Source: an uncultured delta proteobacterium
GTDB taxonomy: Bacteria; Desulfobacterota; GWC2-55-46
Assembly (NCBI GenBank): GCA_963727865.1
Contig: CAVSHY010000019.1
Span: 73,683 to 137,682, forward strand
Length of the DNA stretch: 64,000 bases
Direction of reading: 5' to 3'
Shown: positions 47,147 through 60,662 of the stretch, piece after piece
Position numbering within the stretch: position 1 is the first letter of the stretch
Layout: each line of letters opens with the position of its first letter
Notes under the pieces: model-generated
Database searches by the model: none
Told to the model about the DNA's origin: nothing
The model's input: the letters and a program-made list of their open reading frames with translations, nothing else
Position numbers and translations under genes: made by a program

Positions 47147-47458
47147 TTAATCGAGTTTAATCTCAACGTCCACGCCGGCCGGAAGATCGAGTTTCATAAG
47201 GGCATCCACGGTATTCTGCGTCGGCTCCATGATGTCCATCAGCCTTTTGTGGGTCCTTATCTCGAACTGCTCCCTGCTCTTCTTATCGACATGAGGAGAG
47301 CGTAAGACGCAGAACTTGTTGATCCGTGTCGGCAAAGGAATCGGCCCCTTAATGCTGGCGCCTGTCCTCTTGGCGGTATCAACGATCTCTTTTACAGACT
47401 TATCAAGAAGTCTGTGGTCAAAAGCCTTAAGTCTTATCCTTATCTTCTGGTTCTCCAC
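47147..47458 (-). CDS. rpsJ: 30S ribosomal protein S10
   Basis: 103 aa. [16 protein letters not shown]. Confidence 0.95.
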   Translation of the reverse strand: MENQKIRIRLKAFDHRLLDKSVKEIVDTAKRTGASIKGPIPLPTRINKFCVLRSPHVDKKSREQFEIRTHKRLMDIMEPTQNTVDALMKLDLPAGVDVEIKLD

Positions 47459-47517
47459 CCTTTAGCTCCGTCCCTGCTTCTTCTAATGGTTGTTTTAAAA
47501 AAGTATATACGAATCCT

Positions 47518-48717
47518 CTACGCTATTATCTTAGTTACGACCCCTGCGCCTACGGTCCTCCCGCCTTCCCTTATGGCGAAACGAACCCCCTCTTCCATGG
47601 CGATAGGCGTAATGAGCTCCACATCAAGGTTTACGTTGTCCCCGGGCATTACCATCTCGGTGCCCTCCGGCAACTTCGATACCCCGGTGACGTCCGTGGT
47701 CCTGAAGTAAAATTGCGGCCTGTAGCCGTTAAAAAACGGGGTATGCCTCCCCCCCTCTTCCTTCGTAAGGATGTATACCTCGCCCTTGAACTTCGTATGC
47801 GGGGTGATGCTGCCCGGCTTAGCGAGCACCTGCCCCCTCTCAACGTCTTCCTTCTTCGTGCCCCGCAGAAGCGCCCCGATATTATCCCCGGCCCTCCCCT
47901 CGTCAAGAAGCTTACGGAACATCTCAACCCCGGTTACAACCGTCTTCTGCGTGTCCCTGAGCCCCACTATCTCTATCTCGTCACCAACCTTTACTATACC
48001 CCTCTCAACCCTCCCCGTAACAACCGTACCCCGCCCGGATATGGAAAATACGTCCTCAACAGGCATAAGAAACGGCTTATCAACGTCCCTCTTCGGCTCG
48101 GGTATGTAGCTGTCGAGCGTATCCATGAGCTTAAGTATCTGCCCGCACCACTGGCACTCCTTCTTACCGCACCCGCACTCAAGGGTCTTGAGGGCGCTGC
48201 CCTTTATAACAGGAATTTCGTCCCCGGGAAACTTGTACTGATTCAAAAGCTCCCTCACCTCAAGCTCAACAAGGTCCATAAGCTCCTTGTCGTCAACCAT
48301 GTCAACCTTGTTTAAAAATACCACTATGTACGGAACGCCCACCTGCCTCGCGAGAAGTATATGCTCCCTTGTCTGCGGCATCGGGCCGTCAGCCGCGGAA
48401 ACTACGAGTATCGCGCCGTCCATCTGCGCCGCCCCGGTTATCATGTTCTTCACATAGTCGGCGTGCCCGGGGCAATCTATGTGCGCGTAATGCCTCTTAT
48501 CCGTCTGGTACTCAACGTGCGATATCGATATCGTAAGCCCCCTCTCCCTCTCCTCCGGGGCCTTGTCTATATTCTCATACGCCATAAACTCCGCGTATCC
48601 CTTGGCGCTCAGCACCTTCGTTATCGCGGCCGTCAGAGACGTCTTCCCGTGGTCAACGTGACCGATCGTCCCTACGTTAATGTGCGGTTTCTTGCGCTCA
48701 AATTTAACCTTGCTCAT
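47518..48717 (-). CDS. tuf: Elongation factor Tu
   Basis: 399 aa. [20 protein letters not shown]. Confidence 0.97.
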   Translation of the reverse strand: MSKVKFERKKPHINVGTIGHVDHGKTSLTAAITKVLSAKGYAEFMAYENIDKAPEERERGLTISISHVEYQTDKRHYAHIDCPGHADYVKNMITGAAQMDGAILVVSAADGPMPQTREHILLARQVGVPYIVVFLNKVDMVDDKELMDLVELEVRELLNQYKFPGDEIPVIKGSALKTLECGCGKKECQWCGQILKLMDTLDSYIPEPKRDVDKPFLMPVEDVFSISGRGTVVTGRVERGIVKVGDEIEIVGLRDTQKTVVTGVEMFRKLLDEGRAGDNIGALLRGTKKEDVERGQVLAKPGSITPHTKFKGEVYILTKEEGGRHTPFFNGYRPQFYFRTTDVTGVSKLPEGTEMVMPGDNVNLDVELITPIAMEEGVRFAIREGGRTVGAGVVTKIIA

Positions 48718-48744
48718 GATCGCCCTCCGGTACTAAATAATAGG

Positions 48745-50826
48745 TTATTTTCCCGCCACTTTCGCGGTAAGAACTTCAGCCACCGACGACGGTACCTGTT
48801 CGTAATGCGAGAATTGCATCGTAAAAGAGGCCCTTCCCTGGGTCTTTGACCTCAGATCGGTTGAATAACCGAACATATTGGCAAGCGGTACATTCGAGGA
48901 AACAACCTGGAACCCCCCCCTTGAGTCCATCCCGAGGATCTTACCCCTTCTGGAATTAAGGTCCCCGATGACATCGCCCATGAACTGCTCGGGTATAACA
49001 ACCTCAACGTTCATTACCGGTTCAAGGAGTATGGGGCCCGCGCCTCTAACGGCGTCCTTGAAGGCCATGGAACCGGCTATCTTAAAGGCCATTTCCGATG
49101 AGTCCACGTCGTGATAGGAACCGTCATAGAGGGTTACCTTTACATCCACTACCGGGTACCCGGCGAATGTGCCGGTTTCAGTCGCTTCCCTTATGCCGTT
49201 TTCAACGGGGTTGATGAACTCTTTCGGTATAGAGCCTCCGACAATCTTATTTACGAATTCAAAACCCTTGCCGGCTTCCTGGGGCTCGACCTCGATATAA
49301 ACGTGGCCGTACTGGCCTCTTCCGCCTGTCTGTTTTATGTACCTGCCTTCCGCCTTCGCCTTCCTGGTAATGGTCTCCTTGTAAGCGACCTGCGGTTTTC
49401 CAACGCTCGCTTCGACCTTAAACTCCCTGAGAAGCCTATCTACTATGATCTCAAGGTGAAGCTCTCCCATGCCGGAGATTATCGTCTGCCCGGTCTCCTC
49501 GTCGGTCCTCACGCGGAATGACGGGTCTTCTATGGCGAGTTTCTGCAGGGATATCCCGAGCTTTTCCTGGTCGGCCTTTGTCTTCGGCTCAATGGCGATA
49601 GACATGACCGGGTCAGGGAAGTCCATCGATTCGAGTATTACGGGTTTATCGGGGTCACAGATAGTATCCCCCGTGATCGTGTATTTCATGCCTACGGCCG
49701 CGACTATGTCTCCGGCGTAAACCTCTTTTACGTCTTCACGCTTGTTGGCGTGCATCTTTACGAGCCGTCCTATGCGCTCCCTCTGCCCCTTTGTAGAATT
49801 GAACACGTAAGACCCGGCCGTCATGCACCCTGAGTACACGCGGAAAAATGTCAGCTGTCCGACAAACGGGTCGCTCATGATCTTGAAGGCGAGGGCTGAA
49901 AAAGGGGCATCGTCCCGGGCCTCTCTCATAGCTTCCTTGTCTGTTTCCGGGTCTATGCCCGTAACAGGCGGAATATCCATCGGCGAAGGGAGATAATCCA
50001 CGACCGCGTCAAGGAGAAACTGCACCCCTTTATTTTTGAAGGCCGAGCCGCAGATTACCGGGGTTATCCCTATTTCTATCGTACCCTTCCTTATGGCCCT
50101 CTGGATCTCTTCCGTTGTTACGGGGCTGCCGCTGAGGTACTTTTCCATCAGGCCTTCATCGAAGTCAGAAACCGCCTCAATGAGCTTTTCCCTGTACTCC
50201 GCCACGATCTCTTTCATGTCGGCGGGCACTTCCTCAAACCCGTACTTCGCCCCGAGAGTATCGTCTTCCCAGATAATCGCCTTTTCGGTTATAAGGTCGA
50301 CAACCCCCTTAAAAGTCTCTTCAGATCCAACGGGGAGCTGTATGACTACCGGCCTTGTCTTGAGCCTGTCGGCCATCATGTCTACGACCCTGAAAAAATT
50401 AGCGCCCACACGGTCCATCTTATTCACAAAGGCGATCCTGGGGACCTTGTATTTATTGGCCTGGCGCCATACCGTCTCGCTCTGGGGCTCAACGCCCCCC
50501 ACAGAGCAAAAAACGGCTACCGCGCCGTCAAGGACCCTTAAAGACCTCTCAACTTCTATGGTAAAATCGACGTGACCCGGGGTATCTATGATATTTATGC
50601 GGGTATCTTTCCAGAAGCAGGTTGTTGCGGCGGATGTGATGGTGATGCCTCTTTCTTTCTCCTGTTCCATCCAGTCCATAACGGCGGTGCCATCATGGAC
50701 CTCTCCTATCTTATACGTAACCCCGGTATAGTAAAGGATCCGCTCGGTAGTAGTCGTCTTTCCCGCGTCTATATGGGCCATTATGCCTATATTTCTTTGT
50801 CTTTCTATCGGTATGGTTCTCGGCAA
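48745..50826 (-). CDS. fusA: Elongation factor G
   Basis: 693 aa. [15 protein letters not shown]. Apparent TTG start with AAGGAG 8 nt upstream. Confidence 0.95.
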   Translation of the reverse strand: MPRTIPIERQRNIGIMAHIDAGKTTTTERILYYTGVTYKIGEVHDGTAVMDWMEQEKERGITITSAATTCFWKDTRINIIDTPGHVDFTIEVERSLRVLDGAVAVFCSVGGVEPQSETVWRQANKYKVPRIAFVNKMDRVGANFFRVVDMMADRLKTRPVVIQLPVGSEETFKGVVDLITEKAIIWEDDTLGAKYGFEEVPADMKEIVAEYREKLIEAVSDFDEGLMEKYLSGSPVTTEEIQRAIRKGTIEIGITPVICGSAFKNKGVQFLLDAVVDYLPSPMDIPPVTGIDPETDKEAMREARDDAPFSALAFKIMSDPFVGQLTFFRVYSGCMTAGSYVFNSTKGQRERIGRLVKMHANKREDVKEVYAGDIVAAVGMKYTITGDTICDPDKPVILESMDFPDPVMSIAIEPKTKADQEKLGISLQKLAIEDPSFRVRTDEETGQTIISGMGELHLEIIVDRLLREFKVEASVGKPQVAYKETITRKAKAEGRYIKQTGGRGQYGHVYIEVEPQEAGKGFEFVNKIVGGSIPKEFINPVENGIREATETGTFAGYPVVDVKVTLYDGSYHDVDSSEMAFKIAGSMAFKDAVRGAGPILLEPVMNVEVVIPEQFMGDVIGDLNSRRGKILGMDSRGGFQVVSSNVPLANMFGYSTDLRSKTQGRASFTMQFSHYEQVPSSVAEVLTAKVAGK

Positions 50827-51108
50827 CGGAAATACTCCTTAAATTTACCGCCTTCTTTATTTTAACAGCTCTTGTCCGTGAAGTTTCCTGAGCCAAAGCC
50901 CCTCACAGTAAAAGGTTTAGCCGCTGTATAATTACTGATGCTTTACCGCCGACCTGGCCGGCGGCATATTTTACATCGCCAGATACCCCGAAAACATTGC
51001 CGCCGATACGCTATCCGGACTTCTGTACGGGATACGGGAAGCTCTTTATATTTGCGTCCCGCCATCTTTAATAACTCAGGCCGCGGCAACATGCCGCCGG
51101 ACTGAACA

Positions 51109-51579
51109 TTACCAGCGGTAGTGGGCAAAGGCTTTATTGGCCTCGGCCATCTTATGCACGTCTTCCTTCTTTTTTACCGCGCCGCCCTTATTGTTAGAAG
51201 CGTCTATCAATTCAGCCGCAAGCTTCTCGACCATTGACTTTTCGCTTCTGTCGTGCGCGTAGCTTACAAGCCATCTGAGGGCGAGCGAAAGTTTCCTGTC
51301 CGGCCTCACCTCAACCGGGACCTGATACGTCGCCCCGCCGACCCTCCTTGATTTAACCTCAAGGATCGGCTTTATATTATCAAGGGCCTTCTTAAAGACC
51401 TTCATCGCCTCGGTCTTTGTCTTTTCCTCGATGACGTCGAGCGCTCCGTAAATTATCCCCTCGGCCTTGCTTTTTTTACCGTGAGAGGTAAGCTTGTTCG
51501 CAAGCCTGGCGATAACCTTGTCGTTGAACTTCGGGTCAGGCAGCACGTCCCTCTTCGGTATATTCCCCTTACGAGGCAT
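51109..51579 (-). CDS. rpsG: 30S ribosomal protein S7
   Basis: [18 protein letters not shown]... Start set to the ATG at 51579, which is preceded by GGAGGA. Confidence 0.95.
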   Translation of the reverse strand: MPRKGNIPKRDVLPDPKFNDKVIARLANKLTSHGKKSKAEGIIYGALDVIEEKTKTEAMKVFKKALDNIKPILEVKSRRVGGATYQVPVEVRPDRKLSLALRWLVSYAHDRSEKSMVEKLAAELIDASNNKGGAVKKKEDVHKMAEANKAFAHYRW

Positions 51580-51677
51580 GACTCCTCCACTTAGGCATAA
51601 CTCCTCCACTACAGTTGCTTTATATTTACTCCGGGAAAAATAATACGCCGGCCGTCGGGCGGGCGTATCGGTCTACT

Positions 51678-52049
51678 CTACTTGGGTCTCTTCGCGCCGT
51701 ACTTTGAACGGGCTTGTTTCCTGTCCTGCACGCCCATCGCGTCAAGAGTGCCTCTTATTATATGGTATCTTACACCCGGAAGATCCTTAACCTTGCCTCC
51801 CCTTATCAGCACGACGGAATGTTCCTGAAGGTTGTGACCGATCCCGGGTATGTACGAAGTCACTTCCATTCCGTTCGTAAGCCTGACCCTGGCTACTTTT
51901 CTCAGCGCGGAGTTAGGTTTCTTGGGGGTCGTTGTATAAACCCTCACGCAAACACCCCTCTTCTGAGGACATCTGTCAAGGGCCGGTGAAGCGGTTTTTC
52001 TTTTGCTCTTAAGCCTGCCCTTGCGGACAAGCTGGTTTATTGTCGGCAT
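51678..52049 (-). CDS. rpsL: 30S ribosomal protein S12
   Basis: 123 aa. [12 protein letters not shown]...[10 protein letters not shown]. Confidence 0.97.
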   Translation of the reverse strand: MPTINQLVRKGRLKSKRKTASPALDRCPQKRGVCVRVYTTTPKKPNSALRKVARVRLTNGMEVTSYIPGIGHNLQEHSVVLIRGGKVKDLPGVRYHIIRGTLDAMGVQDRKQARSKYGAKRPK

Positions 52050-52081
52050 AAGTTACCTTTCAATGTGGGGTAAATCAAAAT

Positions 52082-52110
52082 AATATACCTATTCCTCACA
52101 ATCTTGTCAA
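52082..52110 (-). promoter_or_regulatory. Candidate sigma70 promoter of the rpsL-rpsG-fusA-tuf unit
   Basis: Minus strand reads TTGACA, a 17-nt spacer, then TATATT, about 32 nt upstream of the rpsL ATG. A 10-bp hairpin (CGCTCTTTTT / AAAAAGAGCG) lies just upstream, after rpoC. Confidence 0.5.
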
Positions 52111-52168
52111 GAAGAAACTCGCTCTTTTTTTCAAAAAAATAGATGCTTTAGAAAAAGAGCGGGGTTTC

Positions 52169-55100
52169 TCACGCGGTCTCCTTAACAGGTTCGGTTTCGG
52201 CTTCCGCCTGCGGAACTTGAGCGGTCACGTTGATGTATTTTTTGAAGCCGGTCCCGGCCGGTATAAGCCGTCCCATTATGACGTTTTCCTTCAGGCCGCG
52301 CAGGTAATCGGTCTTGCCCTCAACGGCCGCTCCGGTCAATACTTTTGTCGTCTCCTGGAACGACGCCGCGGAAATGAAGCTTTCGGTGGAAAGCGACGCC
52401 TTTGTTATACCCTGAAGAAGAGGCTCGGCGATAGCGGGTTTTTTACCTTTCGCTATTATCTTGTCATTCTCCTCTTCGAAGATATGTCTTTCAACCTGTT
52501 CGCCTATAAGGAGGTTGGTATCGCCGGCGTCCTTTATCTTAACCCTCCTGAGCATCTGCCTTACTATAACCTCGATGTGTTTGTCGTTAATCTTGACGCC
52601 CTGGAGCCTGTAAACCTCCTGCACCTCGTCGACCAGATACTTCGCGAGCTCTTTAACGCCGAGGACCCTTAATATGTCATGTGGGTTGGCGGAGCCGTCC
52701 ATAAGGGGCTCACCCGCCCTGACCCTGTCGCTTTCCCTGACGCTTATGTGCTTGCCTTTGGGTATAAGGTACTCTTTAGCCTCCCCGGTCTCAGGGGTGA
52801 CGACCACTTTCCTCTTGCCTTTGGTGTCTTTGCCGAACGAGACCACCCCGTCCACTTCGCTTATCACGGCGCACTCCTTGGGTTTCCGCGCCTCGAAAAG
52901 CTCGGCGACCCTCGGGAGTCCTCCCGTTATATCCTTTGTCTTGGTCGTCTCTCTCGGGATTTTAGCGATCACATCCCCGGCCTTTACATCAGCGCCCTCA
53001 TTTATGGTGAGTATGGCGCCTACCGGCATGAGATACCGCGCCTCTATGTTCGTACCGGCGAGTTTACGGGTCTTTCCTGATTCGTCCTTTATCGAGACCC
53101 TGGGCCTTAAGTCCCCTTCCTTGTATGTCACGATAACCTTGCTGGAAAGCCCTGTTACCTCATCGACCTGCTCTCTCATGGTCTTGCCGTCCTCGATATC
53201 GCCGAACCTCACTATGCCGCTGACCTCGGTTATGATCGGGATAGTGTACGGGTCCCAATCAGCGAGCACCGTGCCGGCCGAAACTTTCTGGCCGTCGGCG
53301 ACCCTCAGCCGAGCCCCGTATATGACCGGGTTCCTCTCGCGGTCCCTTCCCTGTTCGTCCTGTATCGCGAGGTCCCCGTTACGGTTCATTACGATGTTCT
53401 CACCCCTTGAATTTGCCGCGACATTAAGGCTGTGGAACTTGACTTTGCCTTCGTGCCGCGCTTCAAGAGTGGTCTGTTCCGCTCTACGGCTCGCGGTTCC
53501 GCCTATGTGAAATGTCCTCATCGTCAGCTGCGTGCCCGGCTCGCCTATGGACTGCGCGGCGATAACGCCGACCGCTTCGCCCATCTCCACCATCCTTCCT
53601 CTGGTAAGGTCCCTGCCGTAACACTTTATGCAGATGCCCCTCGAGCTTCTGCATGTAAGAACGCTCCTTATCTTTACCCTCTCTACCCCCACCTCTTCTA
53701 TCTTTTCAATCTTTCCTTCGTCTATCTCCTCATTCGCCTCTACGATTACCTCTTTTGTAAACGGATCCACAACCTCTTCAAGAGCGACCCTGCCGAGGAT
53801 CCTCTCTCCTATCGGCTCTATCACCTCGCCGCCCTCTACAAGAGAGGTCATATAGATGCCGTCCAGGGTCCCGCAGTCCTCTTCCGCGATTATAGCGTCC
53901 TGCGCCACGTCCACAAGCCTTCTCGTGAGATACCCGGAGTTCGCGGTCTTTAAGGCCGTATCGGCAAGACCCTTTCTTGCTCCGTGAGTTGAGATAAAAT
54001 ACTGGAGCACGGTAAGACCTTCCCTGAAGTTGGCCGTAATCGGGGTCTCGATGATCTCGCCCGACGGCTTTGCCATAAGGCCCCTCATTCCGGCGAGCTG
54101 CCTTATCTGCTGCGCCGAGCCTCTCGCGCCGGAATCGGCCATTATGAAGATGGGGTTAAAGCTCGGGATGTTCTTTTCCACTCCGTTTTCGTCCTTTACA
54201 GTCTCCGTTCCGAGTTCCTTGAGCATCTCCTCAGCGATCTCTTCGGTCGCCTGGGCCCATATGTCTATGACCTTATTGTAACGCTCGCCGTCCGTTATAA
54301 GACCTTCATTATACTGCTTCTGTATCTCCTTGACCTCGTCGTACGCCTTATTGAGGAGCTTTTCCTTCTTTCTCGGTATCTTCATGTCGTCGATGCAGAT
54401 GGAGATCCCCGCCTTGGTGGCGTACTGGTACCCCAGGTCCTTGAGTTTATCCGCGAGTATTACGGTCTCTTTACTGCCCGCGCGCCTGTAGCAGATATCG
54501 ATAAGGTCCGCAAGCCTCTTTTTATCCATTACCTTGTTGAGCTCATCAAACCTTATGATAGGGGGCACGGACTCGGACATTATGACCCTGCCTACCGTGG
54601 TGTCTACAAGCTTTCCGTCGAGCTTAACCTTTATGCCGGCCTGGAGGTGTACCGCCCCGCCGTCGTAAGCGGCCCTTACCTCGTCAAACGATGATAATAG
54701 CTTGCCCTCCCCTTTGACGCCGGGACGCTCGCGCGTAAGGTAATAAAGCCCGAGGACTATATCCTGCGTAGGAACGATAATGGGTTTGCCGTGCGCTGGC
54801 GAAAGTATGTTATTGGTAGACATCATGAGCACCCGCGCCTCGACCTGGGCCTCTATTGAAAGAGGCACGTGCACGGCCATCTGGTCGCCGTCGAAGTCCG
54901 CGTTAAACGCGGTACACACGAGCGGATGCAGCTGTATCGCCTTGCCCTCGATGAGGATCGGCTCAAACGCCTGGATACCGAGCCTGTGGAGGGTCGGGGC
55001 CCGGTTTAAAAGCACCGGGTGTTCCCTTATGACCTCGTCAAGAACGTCCCAGACCTCGGGCCTTTCCTTCTCAAGCATCTTCTTGGCGCTTTTTATCGTG

Positions 55101-56278
55101 GTCGCGTAACCTTTTTCCTCAAGCTTCTGGTAGATAAAAGGCTTGAAGAGCTCGAGGGCCATCTTCTTTGGAAGCCCGCACTGGTGGAGCCTGAGGTCGG
55201 GCCCGATGACGATGACCGAACGGCCTGAATAATCGACTCGCTTGCCGAGGAGGTTCTGCCTGAACCTCCCGCCCTTCCCCTTGATCATGTCGCTCAGCGA
55301 CTTAAGCGGTCTCTTGTTCTGTCCGGTTATTATCCGGCCTCTTCTCCCGTTATCGAAGAGCGCGTCGACCGCCTCCTGCAGCATCCTCTTCTCATTTCTG
55401 ATGATGATATCCGGGGCGTTGAGCTCCATAAGCCGTTTTAAGCGGTTATTCCTGTTTATAACCCTTCTGTAGAGATCGTTAAGATCCGATGTTGCGAACC
55501 TTCCGCCGTCAAGCGGCACCAGAGGCCTCAGGTCCGGGGGAAGGACGGGTATGACCTCAAGGATCATCCACTCCGGCTTATTCCCTGAATTAAGGAACGC
55601 GTCAACGACCTTAAGCCTCTTGGCTATCCTCTTTTTCTTGGCGTCAGAGGCGGTCTTCTTCATCTCGAGCCTCAGGCTCGAAGAAAGCTTCCCAAGGTCG
55701 ATCTTCCTCATGAGCTCCCTGACCGCCTCGGCGCCCATACCGCTTGTAAACCCGTCAGGACCCCACTTCTCAATCGCCTTCTGGTACTTATCCTCGTTAA
55801 GAAGCTCTCCCTGTGTGAGATCAGTATCCTTTGGGTCAAGCACGATATAGTTTTCATAATAGAGCGCCCTCTCGAGTTCCTTAAGCGTCATATCCAGCAT
55901 GGCGCCGATCCTCGATGGCAGGCTCCTCAGAAACCATATATGGGCGACGGGAGTGGCAAGTTCTATATGGCCGAGCCTTTCGCGTCTGACGTTTGAGGGT
56001 ATGACCTCTACCCCGCACTTTTCGCAGACAACCCCCCTGTGCTTCATCCTTTTATATTTACCGCAGTTGCATTCGAAGTCCTTTACAGGTCCGAATATCT
56101 TAGCGCAGAAGAGCCCGTCCCGTTCGGGCTTAAAGGTCCTGTAATTAATAGTCTCCGGTTTTTTAACCTCTCCATGAGACCATTCCCTTATCCTTCCCGG
56201 CGAGGCGATGGTTATCCTTATGGCGTTAAAATCCATAGTTTTTTTTTGCTTGTCAAGTAATGCCATGCGGCTTTCCAA
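52169..56278 (-). CDS. rpoC: DNA-directed RNA polymerase beta' subunit
   Basis: 1369 aa. Zn motif CNCGKYK...C..C and catalytic NADFDGD. TTG at 56278 has AAGGAG 7 nt upstream; an alternative ATG lies at 56266. Confidence 0.97.
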   Translation of the reverse strand: MESRMALLDKQKKTMDFNAIRITIASPGRIREWSHGEVKKPETINYRTFKPERDGLFCAKIFGPVKDFECNCGKYKRMKHRGVVCEKCGVEVIPSNVRRERLGHIELATPVAHIWFLRSLPSRIGAMLDMTLKELERALYYENYIVLDPKDTDLTQGELLNEDKYQKAIEKWGPDGFTSGMGAEAVRELMRKIDLGKLSSSLRLEMKKTASDAKKKRIAKRLKVVDAFLNSGNKPEWMILEVIPVLPPDLRPLVPLDGGRFATSDLNDLYRRVINRNNRLKRLMELNAPDIIIRNEKRMLQEAVDALFDNGRRGRIITGQNKRPLKSLSDMIKGKGGRFRQNLLGKRVDYSGRSVIVIGPDLRLHQCGLPKKMALELFKPFIYQKLEEKGYATTIKSAKKMLEKERPEVWDVLDEVIREHPVLLNRAPTLHRLGIQAFEPILIEGKAIQLHPLVCTAFNADFDGDQMAVHVPLSIEAQVEARVLMMSTNNILSPAHGKPIIVPTQDIVLGLYYLTRERPGVKGEGKLLSSFDEVRAAYDGGAVHLQAGIKVKLDGKLVDTTVGRVIMSESVPPIIRFDELNKVMDKKRLADLIDICYRRAGSKETVILADKLKDLGYQYATKAGISICIDDMKIPRKKEKLLNKAYDEVKEIQKQYNEGLITDGERYNKVIDIWAQATEEIAEEMLKELGTETVKDENGVEKNIPSFNPIFIMADSGARGSAQQIRQLAGMRGLMAKPSGEIIETPITANFREGLTVLQYFISTHGARKGLADTALKTANSGYLTRRLVDVAQDAIIAEEDCGTLDGIYMTSLVEGGEVIEPIGERILGRVALEEVVDPFTKEVIVEANEEIDEGKIEKIEEVGVERVKIRSVLTCRSSRGICIKCYGRDLTRGRMVEMGEAVGVIAAQSIGEPGTQLTMRTFHIGGTASRRAEQTTLEARHEGKVKFHSLNVAANSRGENIVMNRNGDLAIQDEQGRDRERNPVIYGARLRVADGQKVSAGTVLADWDPYTIPIITEVSGIVRFGDIEDGKTMREQVDEVTGLSSKVIVTYKEGDLRPRVSIKDESGKTRKLAGTNIEARYLMPVGAILTINEGADVKAGDVIAKIPRETTKTKDITGGLPRVAELFEARKPKECAVISEVDGVVSFGKDTKGKRKVVVTPETGEAKEYLIPKGKHISVRESDRVRAGEPLMDGSANPHDILRVLGVKELAKYLVDEVQEVYRLQGVKINDKHIEVIVRQMLRRVKIKDAGDTNLLIGEQVERHIFEEENDKIIAKGKKPAIAEPLLQGITKASLSTESFISAASFQETTKVLTGAAVEGKTDYLRGLKENVIMGRLIPAGTGFKKYINVTAQVPQAEAETEPVKETA

Positions 56279-56350
56279 AATTAATCTCCTTTTTTACGGG
56301 GGCTTGAGATCCGCCCTGTCGACCTAATGGTTACTAACTTCTTACCGGCC

Positions 56351-59300
56351 CTAATCCTCTTTCTCTTTCTCTATGAGATCTATATCAAGCGCGAGGCTCT
56401 GCAGCTCTTTTATAAGGACGCTGAAGGATTCAGGCAGCGAGGGCTCAAGGCTGTAACTGCCCGTGACTATCGATTCGTACATCTTGGTCCTGCCCGGCAC
56501 ATCGTCCGATTTCACGGTCAAAAACTCCTGGAGGCTGTGGGCCGCGCCATACGCCTCCATCGCCCAGACCTCCATCTCTCCGAGCCTCTGGCCGCCGAAC
56601 TGCGCCTTTCCCCCAAGTGGCTGCTGTGTTACCAGCGAATAGGGTCCTGTTGACCTTGCGTGGATCTTGTCATCCACCAGGTGATGAAGCTTCATCATGT
56701 ACATCATCCCCACCGTAACCGCCTGGTCAAAGGGCTCTCCGCTCCTGCCGTCGTAGAGGACCGTCTTTCCGGTTCTCGGCAACCCCGCCGCCTCGAGGGC
56801 TTCCTTGACGTCATTTTCAGTCGCTCCGTCAAATACGGGGCTTGCCATGTAAAGCCCGGTCCCAATCCTGCCGGCCAGTTCAACAGCCTCTTCATTCGAT
56901 AGCCCATTTACGAATTTGCTGAACTCCAGAGACCCGTATATCTTTTTTATTTTGTCTCTTAAGGCATTAACAGAGTAATTTTTATCAACCATCTCCTGGA
57001 CGGCGCTGCCGAGGCTCCTGGCCGCCCACCCGAGATGGGTCTCGAGTATCTGCCCTATATTCATCCTTGATGGCACGCCAAGGGGATTTAATACTATGTC
57101 AACGGGTGTGCCGTCCCCCAGGTATGGCATATCCTCCTCGGGAAGGATCCTTGAGATAACGCCCTTATTCCCGTGCCTTCCGGCCATCTTATCGCCGACA
57201 GACACCTTTCTTTTCATGGCGATATAGACTTTAACCATCTTTATGACGCCGGGGGGCAACTCGTCTCCCCTTTTGAGCCTGTTGATCCTGTCGTCAAAGA
57301 CCAGCTTGATGAGGTCGATCTGCTCACTCAGATTTCCCGTGATTTCATTTACCTCCCTCTCAGACTTATCATCCGCGGGTATGATCTCATGCCACTTGCC
57401 CTGCGGGAGAGAAGAGAGGATATCGGCCGTTATGGCCTTGCCCTTGCTTAAGATGGTATTTCCTTTCTTGTCGGTAATGCGCACCTGTGATTTTTTGTTG
57501 AGAAGGAGCTTATGGATCCTGTTGTAAGCCGATTCCTTGACGATATTTATTTCGTCTTCGCGGTCCTTCATGAGTCTCGCGACTTCCTTATCTTCGATGA
57601 ACCTGCTGCGTTCGTCCTTTTCAGCGCCCTTTCTCGAGAAGACTTTCGCGTCTATGACAACCCCTTCGATCCCGGGCGGGACCCTGAGCGAGGTATCCTT
57701 TACATCCTCGGCCTTCTCCCCGAATATGGCCCTGAGGAGCTTTTCTTCCGGAGAGAGCTGGGTCTCCCCCTTGGGGGTAATCTTTCCTACAAGGATATCT
57801 CCGGGGGCGACCTCCGCGCCTATCCTTATGATGCCGCTTTCATCGAGGTTTTTAAGCGCCTCGTCCCCCACGTTCGGGATATCCCTTGTTATATCTTCCT
57901 TCCCGAGCTTTATATCCCTCGCGACCACCTCGAACTCTTCGATGTGGACGGAGGTAAATACGTCGTCCTTTAGAAGGCGCTCGCTTATGAGTATGGAGTC
58001 TTCAAAGTTGTATCCGCCCCAGGGCATGAAAGCCACGAGTACGTTCCTGCCGAGGGCGAGTTCCCCCTCGTGCGTGGACGGGCCGTCGGCTATGACCTGC
58101 CCCTTTACTACGGTGTCGCCCTTGAAGACGATCGGTTTCTGGTTAAGGCAGGTGTTCTGGTTGGACCTTCTGAACTTGGTAAGCGCGTATATGTCCACAC
58201 CGCCGGAGTCGTTTCTCACGACTATCCTGGCGGCATCCACGCTTTCTATCACGCCCGGGCTCCTGGCGAGTATTGTAACGCCGGAGTCCCGCGCCACTAT
58301 GCTTTCCATGCCGGTGCCTATGAGAGGCGCCTCTGTCCGGATAAGAGGCACCGCCTGCCTCTGCATGTTGGACCCCATAAGGGCCCTGTTGGCGTCGTCG
58401 TTTTCAAGGAAAGGCACAAGGGAAGCGGCGACGCTTACGAGCTGGTTCGGAGAAACGTCCATGAGGGTAATGTCCTCTGGACGGGCCATTATAAACTCCC
58501 CGCCCTTCCGTGCCGATATAAACTCGCTTGTAAACCTTCCATCCTTATCCAGCGGCGCGTTCGCCTGCGCTATCACGTGGTTTTCCTCATCAAGGGCCGA
58601 GAGATAATTAATCCTGTTGGTGACCTTCCCGTCCCTGACCTCCCTGTAAGGGGTCTCTATAAAGCCAAAGTCATTTACCCTGGCGTAGGTGCTCAATGAT
58701 ACAATAAGCCCTATATTTGGGCCTTCAGGAGTCTCAATCGGGCATATCCGTCCGTAGTGGGTCGCGTGCACGTCCCTTACCTCGAAACCGGCCCTCTCCC
58801 TCGTAAGACCTCCCGGTCCAAGGGCCGAAAGCCTCCTTTTGTGGGTGATCTCGGAAAGGGGGTTTGTCTGGTCCATGAACTGGGAAAGCTGGCTTGACCC
58901 GAAAAATTCCTTTATGACGGCGGAGACGGGTTTCGGGTTTATGAGGTCATGAGGCATCAGGGTCTCAAGTTCCCCGAGGCTCATCCTCTCCTTTACCGCC
59001 CTCTCCATCCTGAGAAGCCCGATCCTGTACTGGTTCTCGAGGAGTTCTCCCACGGACCTTACCCTTCTGTTGCCGAGGTGGTCGATGTCATCGACAGTAC
59101 CCTGTCCGTTTCTTAAAAGAATCAAATAACGCACCACCTCGAGTATATCCTCTTTCCGGAGGGTGGTAACTTCCAGAGGGACGTCGAAACCGAGCTTGCG
59201 GTTCAGTTTAAGCCTTCCGACCTTTGAGAGGTCGTACCTCTCGGGGACGAAAAAGAGTTCCTGGAAAAAAGAGTTCGCCGTGTCGACGGTCGGGAGGTCC

Positions 59301-60502
59301 CCGGGCTTAAGCCTCTTGTAGATCTCTATCCTGGCGTTGAGCGTCATGTTTGTGATTGAGCTGTCCGGATTTTGCTTCCGGAACTCGATTATGGTCTTTG
59401 TGTCTTCGTTCCCGGTGCGGTCATTTAAAAGCGTCTCCCTGAAGAACGCGCCCATCGCTTCTATCAGGAGGAGCTTGAAGCTCGTGATATTGCGCCTCGA
59501 GATCTCATCGAGCTTTTCCCTTGAAAGCACCTGATTGCATTCCAGTATGACTTCCCCTGTATTCGGGTCTACGATATCCCTGGAGGCGATCCTTCCCACA
59601 ATCTCCTCTACCTCTACGGGTATGTATTTTATGCCGGCCGCCACAAGTTTCTTTATGACGAGCCTTGTGAATTTCCTGTCCTTCCTGACTATTATTTCAT
59701 TGGTGGAAGGGTCTTTAATGTCGCGGCTTACCTTCTGTCCGACGAGATAATCCGGTTCGACGCTTTTAAGAATCTTTTTGCCGTCAAGTACTATCTCCTC
59801 GCTGGGATAAAAATAATTGAGCGTCTCCTCCACGGAATAACCAAGAGCCTTAAGGAGAATGGTAGCCGGCATCTTCCTTCTTTTATCTATGCGCACATAA
59901 AGCCAGTCTTTCTGGTCAAATTCAAAATCAAGCCATGACCCGTGGTACGGGATTACGCGCGCCGTATAGAGCACCTTGCCGGTAAAACCCTTGGGCTTCT
60001 CGAATTCGAAGAAAACGCCAGGAGACCTGTGGAGCTGGCTGACGATAACCCTTTCCGTGCCGTTAATAATAAAGCTCCCGTTGTCGGTCATGAGCGGAAT
60101 TTCGCCGAAGTACACCTCCTGTTCCTTTATGTCGCGTATACTCTGCGCCCCGGTTTCAAGGTCCTTGTCCCACATGATGAGGCGCACCAGTATCTTTATG
60201 GGAGAAGCGTAAGTCATGCCCTTCTGGTGGCATTCATCGACCGTGTACTTGGGCTCGAGAAGGGAGTATTTCACGAACTCGAGGGAGGCGTTGCCGCTGA
60301 AGTCCTTTATCGGGAAAGCGCTTTTGAATACGGCCTGAAGCCCTGCGTCCGCCCTGTCTTCAGGCTTCTGAACTTCCAATTGCAAAAATTGTACAAAAGA
60401 TTTTTTCTGAACCTCGATCAGGTTAGGCATGTTTACCACCTTACCGATACGGGAATAATCCTTCCTCAATATCTTTTCCGGCATTAAACGGGAGGAAGCC
60501 AT
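56351..60502 (-). CDS. rpoB: DNA-directed RNA polymerase beta subunit
   Basis: 1383 aa. The RpoB signature runs the whole length (e.g. [13 protein letters not shown]). Confidence 0.97.
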   Translation of the reverse strand: MASSRLMPEKILRKDYSRIGKVVNMPNLIEVQKKSFVQFLQLEVQKPEDRADAGLQAVFKSAFPIKDFSGNASLEFVKYSLLEPKYTVDECHQKGMTYASPIKILVRLIMWDKDLETGAQSIRDIKEQEVYFGEIPLMTDNGSFIINGTERVIVSQLHRSPGVFFEFEKPKGFTGKVLYTARVIPYHGSWLDFEFDQKDWLYVRIDKRRKMPATILLKALGYSVEETLNYFYPSEEIVLDGKKILKSVEPDYLVGQKVSRDIKDPSTNEIIVRKDRKFTRLVIKKLVAAGIKYIPVEVEEIVGRIASRDIVDPNTGEVILECNQVLSREKLDEISRRNITSFKLLLIEAMGAFFRETLLNDRTGNEDTKTIIEFRKQNPDSSITNMTLNARIEIYKRLKPGDLPTVDTANSFFQELFFVPERYDLSKVGRLKLNRKLGFDVPLEVTTLRKEDILEVVRYLILLRNGQGTVDDIDHLGNRRVRSVGELLENQYRIGLLRMERAVKERMSLGELETLMPHDLINPKPVSAVIKEFFGSSQLSQFMDQTNPLSEITHKRRLSALGPGGLTRERAGFEVRDVHATHYGRICPIETPEGPNIGLIVSLSTYARVNDFGFIETPYREVRDGKVTNRINYLSALDEENHVIAQANAPLDKDGRFTSEFISARKGGEFIMARPEDITLMDVSPNQLVSVAASLVPFLENDDANRALMGSNMQRQAVPLIRTEAPLIGTGMESIVARDSGVTILARSPGVIESVDAARIVVRNDSGGVDIYALTKFRRSNQNTCLNQKPIVFKGDTVVKGQVIADGPSTHEGELALGRNVLVAFMPWGGYNFEDSILISERLLKDDVFTSVHIEEFEVVARDIKLGKEDITRDIPNVGDEALKNLDESGIIRIGAEVAPGDILVGKITPKGETQLSPEEKLLRAIFGEKAEDVKDTSLRVPPGIEGVVIDAKVFSRKGAEKDERSRFIEDKEVARLMKDREDEINIVKESAYNRIHKLLLNKKSQVRITDKKGNTILSKGKAITADILSSLPQGKWHEIIPADDKSEREVNEITGNLSEQIDLIKLVFDDRINRLKRGDELPPGVIKMVKVYIAMKRKVSVGDKMAGRHGNKGVISRILPEEDMPYLGDGTPVDIVLNPLGVPSRMNIGQILETHLGWAARSLGSAVQEMVDKNYSVNALRDKIKKIYGSLEFSKFVNGLSNEEAVELAGRIGTGLYMASPVFDGATENDVKEALEAAGLPRTGKTVLYDGRSGEPFDQAVTVGMMYMMKLHHLVDDKIHARSTGPYSLVTQQPLGGKAQFGGQRLGEMEVWAMEAYGAAHSLQEFLTVKSDDVPGRTKMYESIVTGSYSLEPSLPESFSVLIKELQSLALDIDLIEKEKED

Positions 60503-60543
60503 ATTTTATTTACTCCTTAAATTTAGAATCCTACAGTAGAATC

Positions 60544-60564
60544 GCCCGCCGGATCACGGCGGGC
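60544..60564 (-). terminator. Hairpin in rplL-rpoB spacer (possible attenuator)
   Basis: Perfect 8-bp stem (GCCCGCCG / CGGCGGGC) with a 5-nt loop and no clear U-tract. The position matches the partial terminator known between rplL and rpoB in E. coli. Confidence 0.35.
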
Positions 60565-60662
60565 TGATCCAATTCATATGATACGGGTTTGAGCCGCATA
60601 CCACCGGCGCTTCCGAAAAAACGCCTTTTTTATCTCCGTAAGAAGTCCCTGAAAACCCGGGT

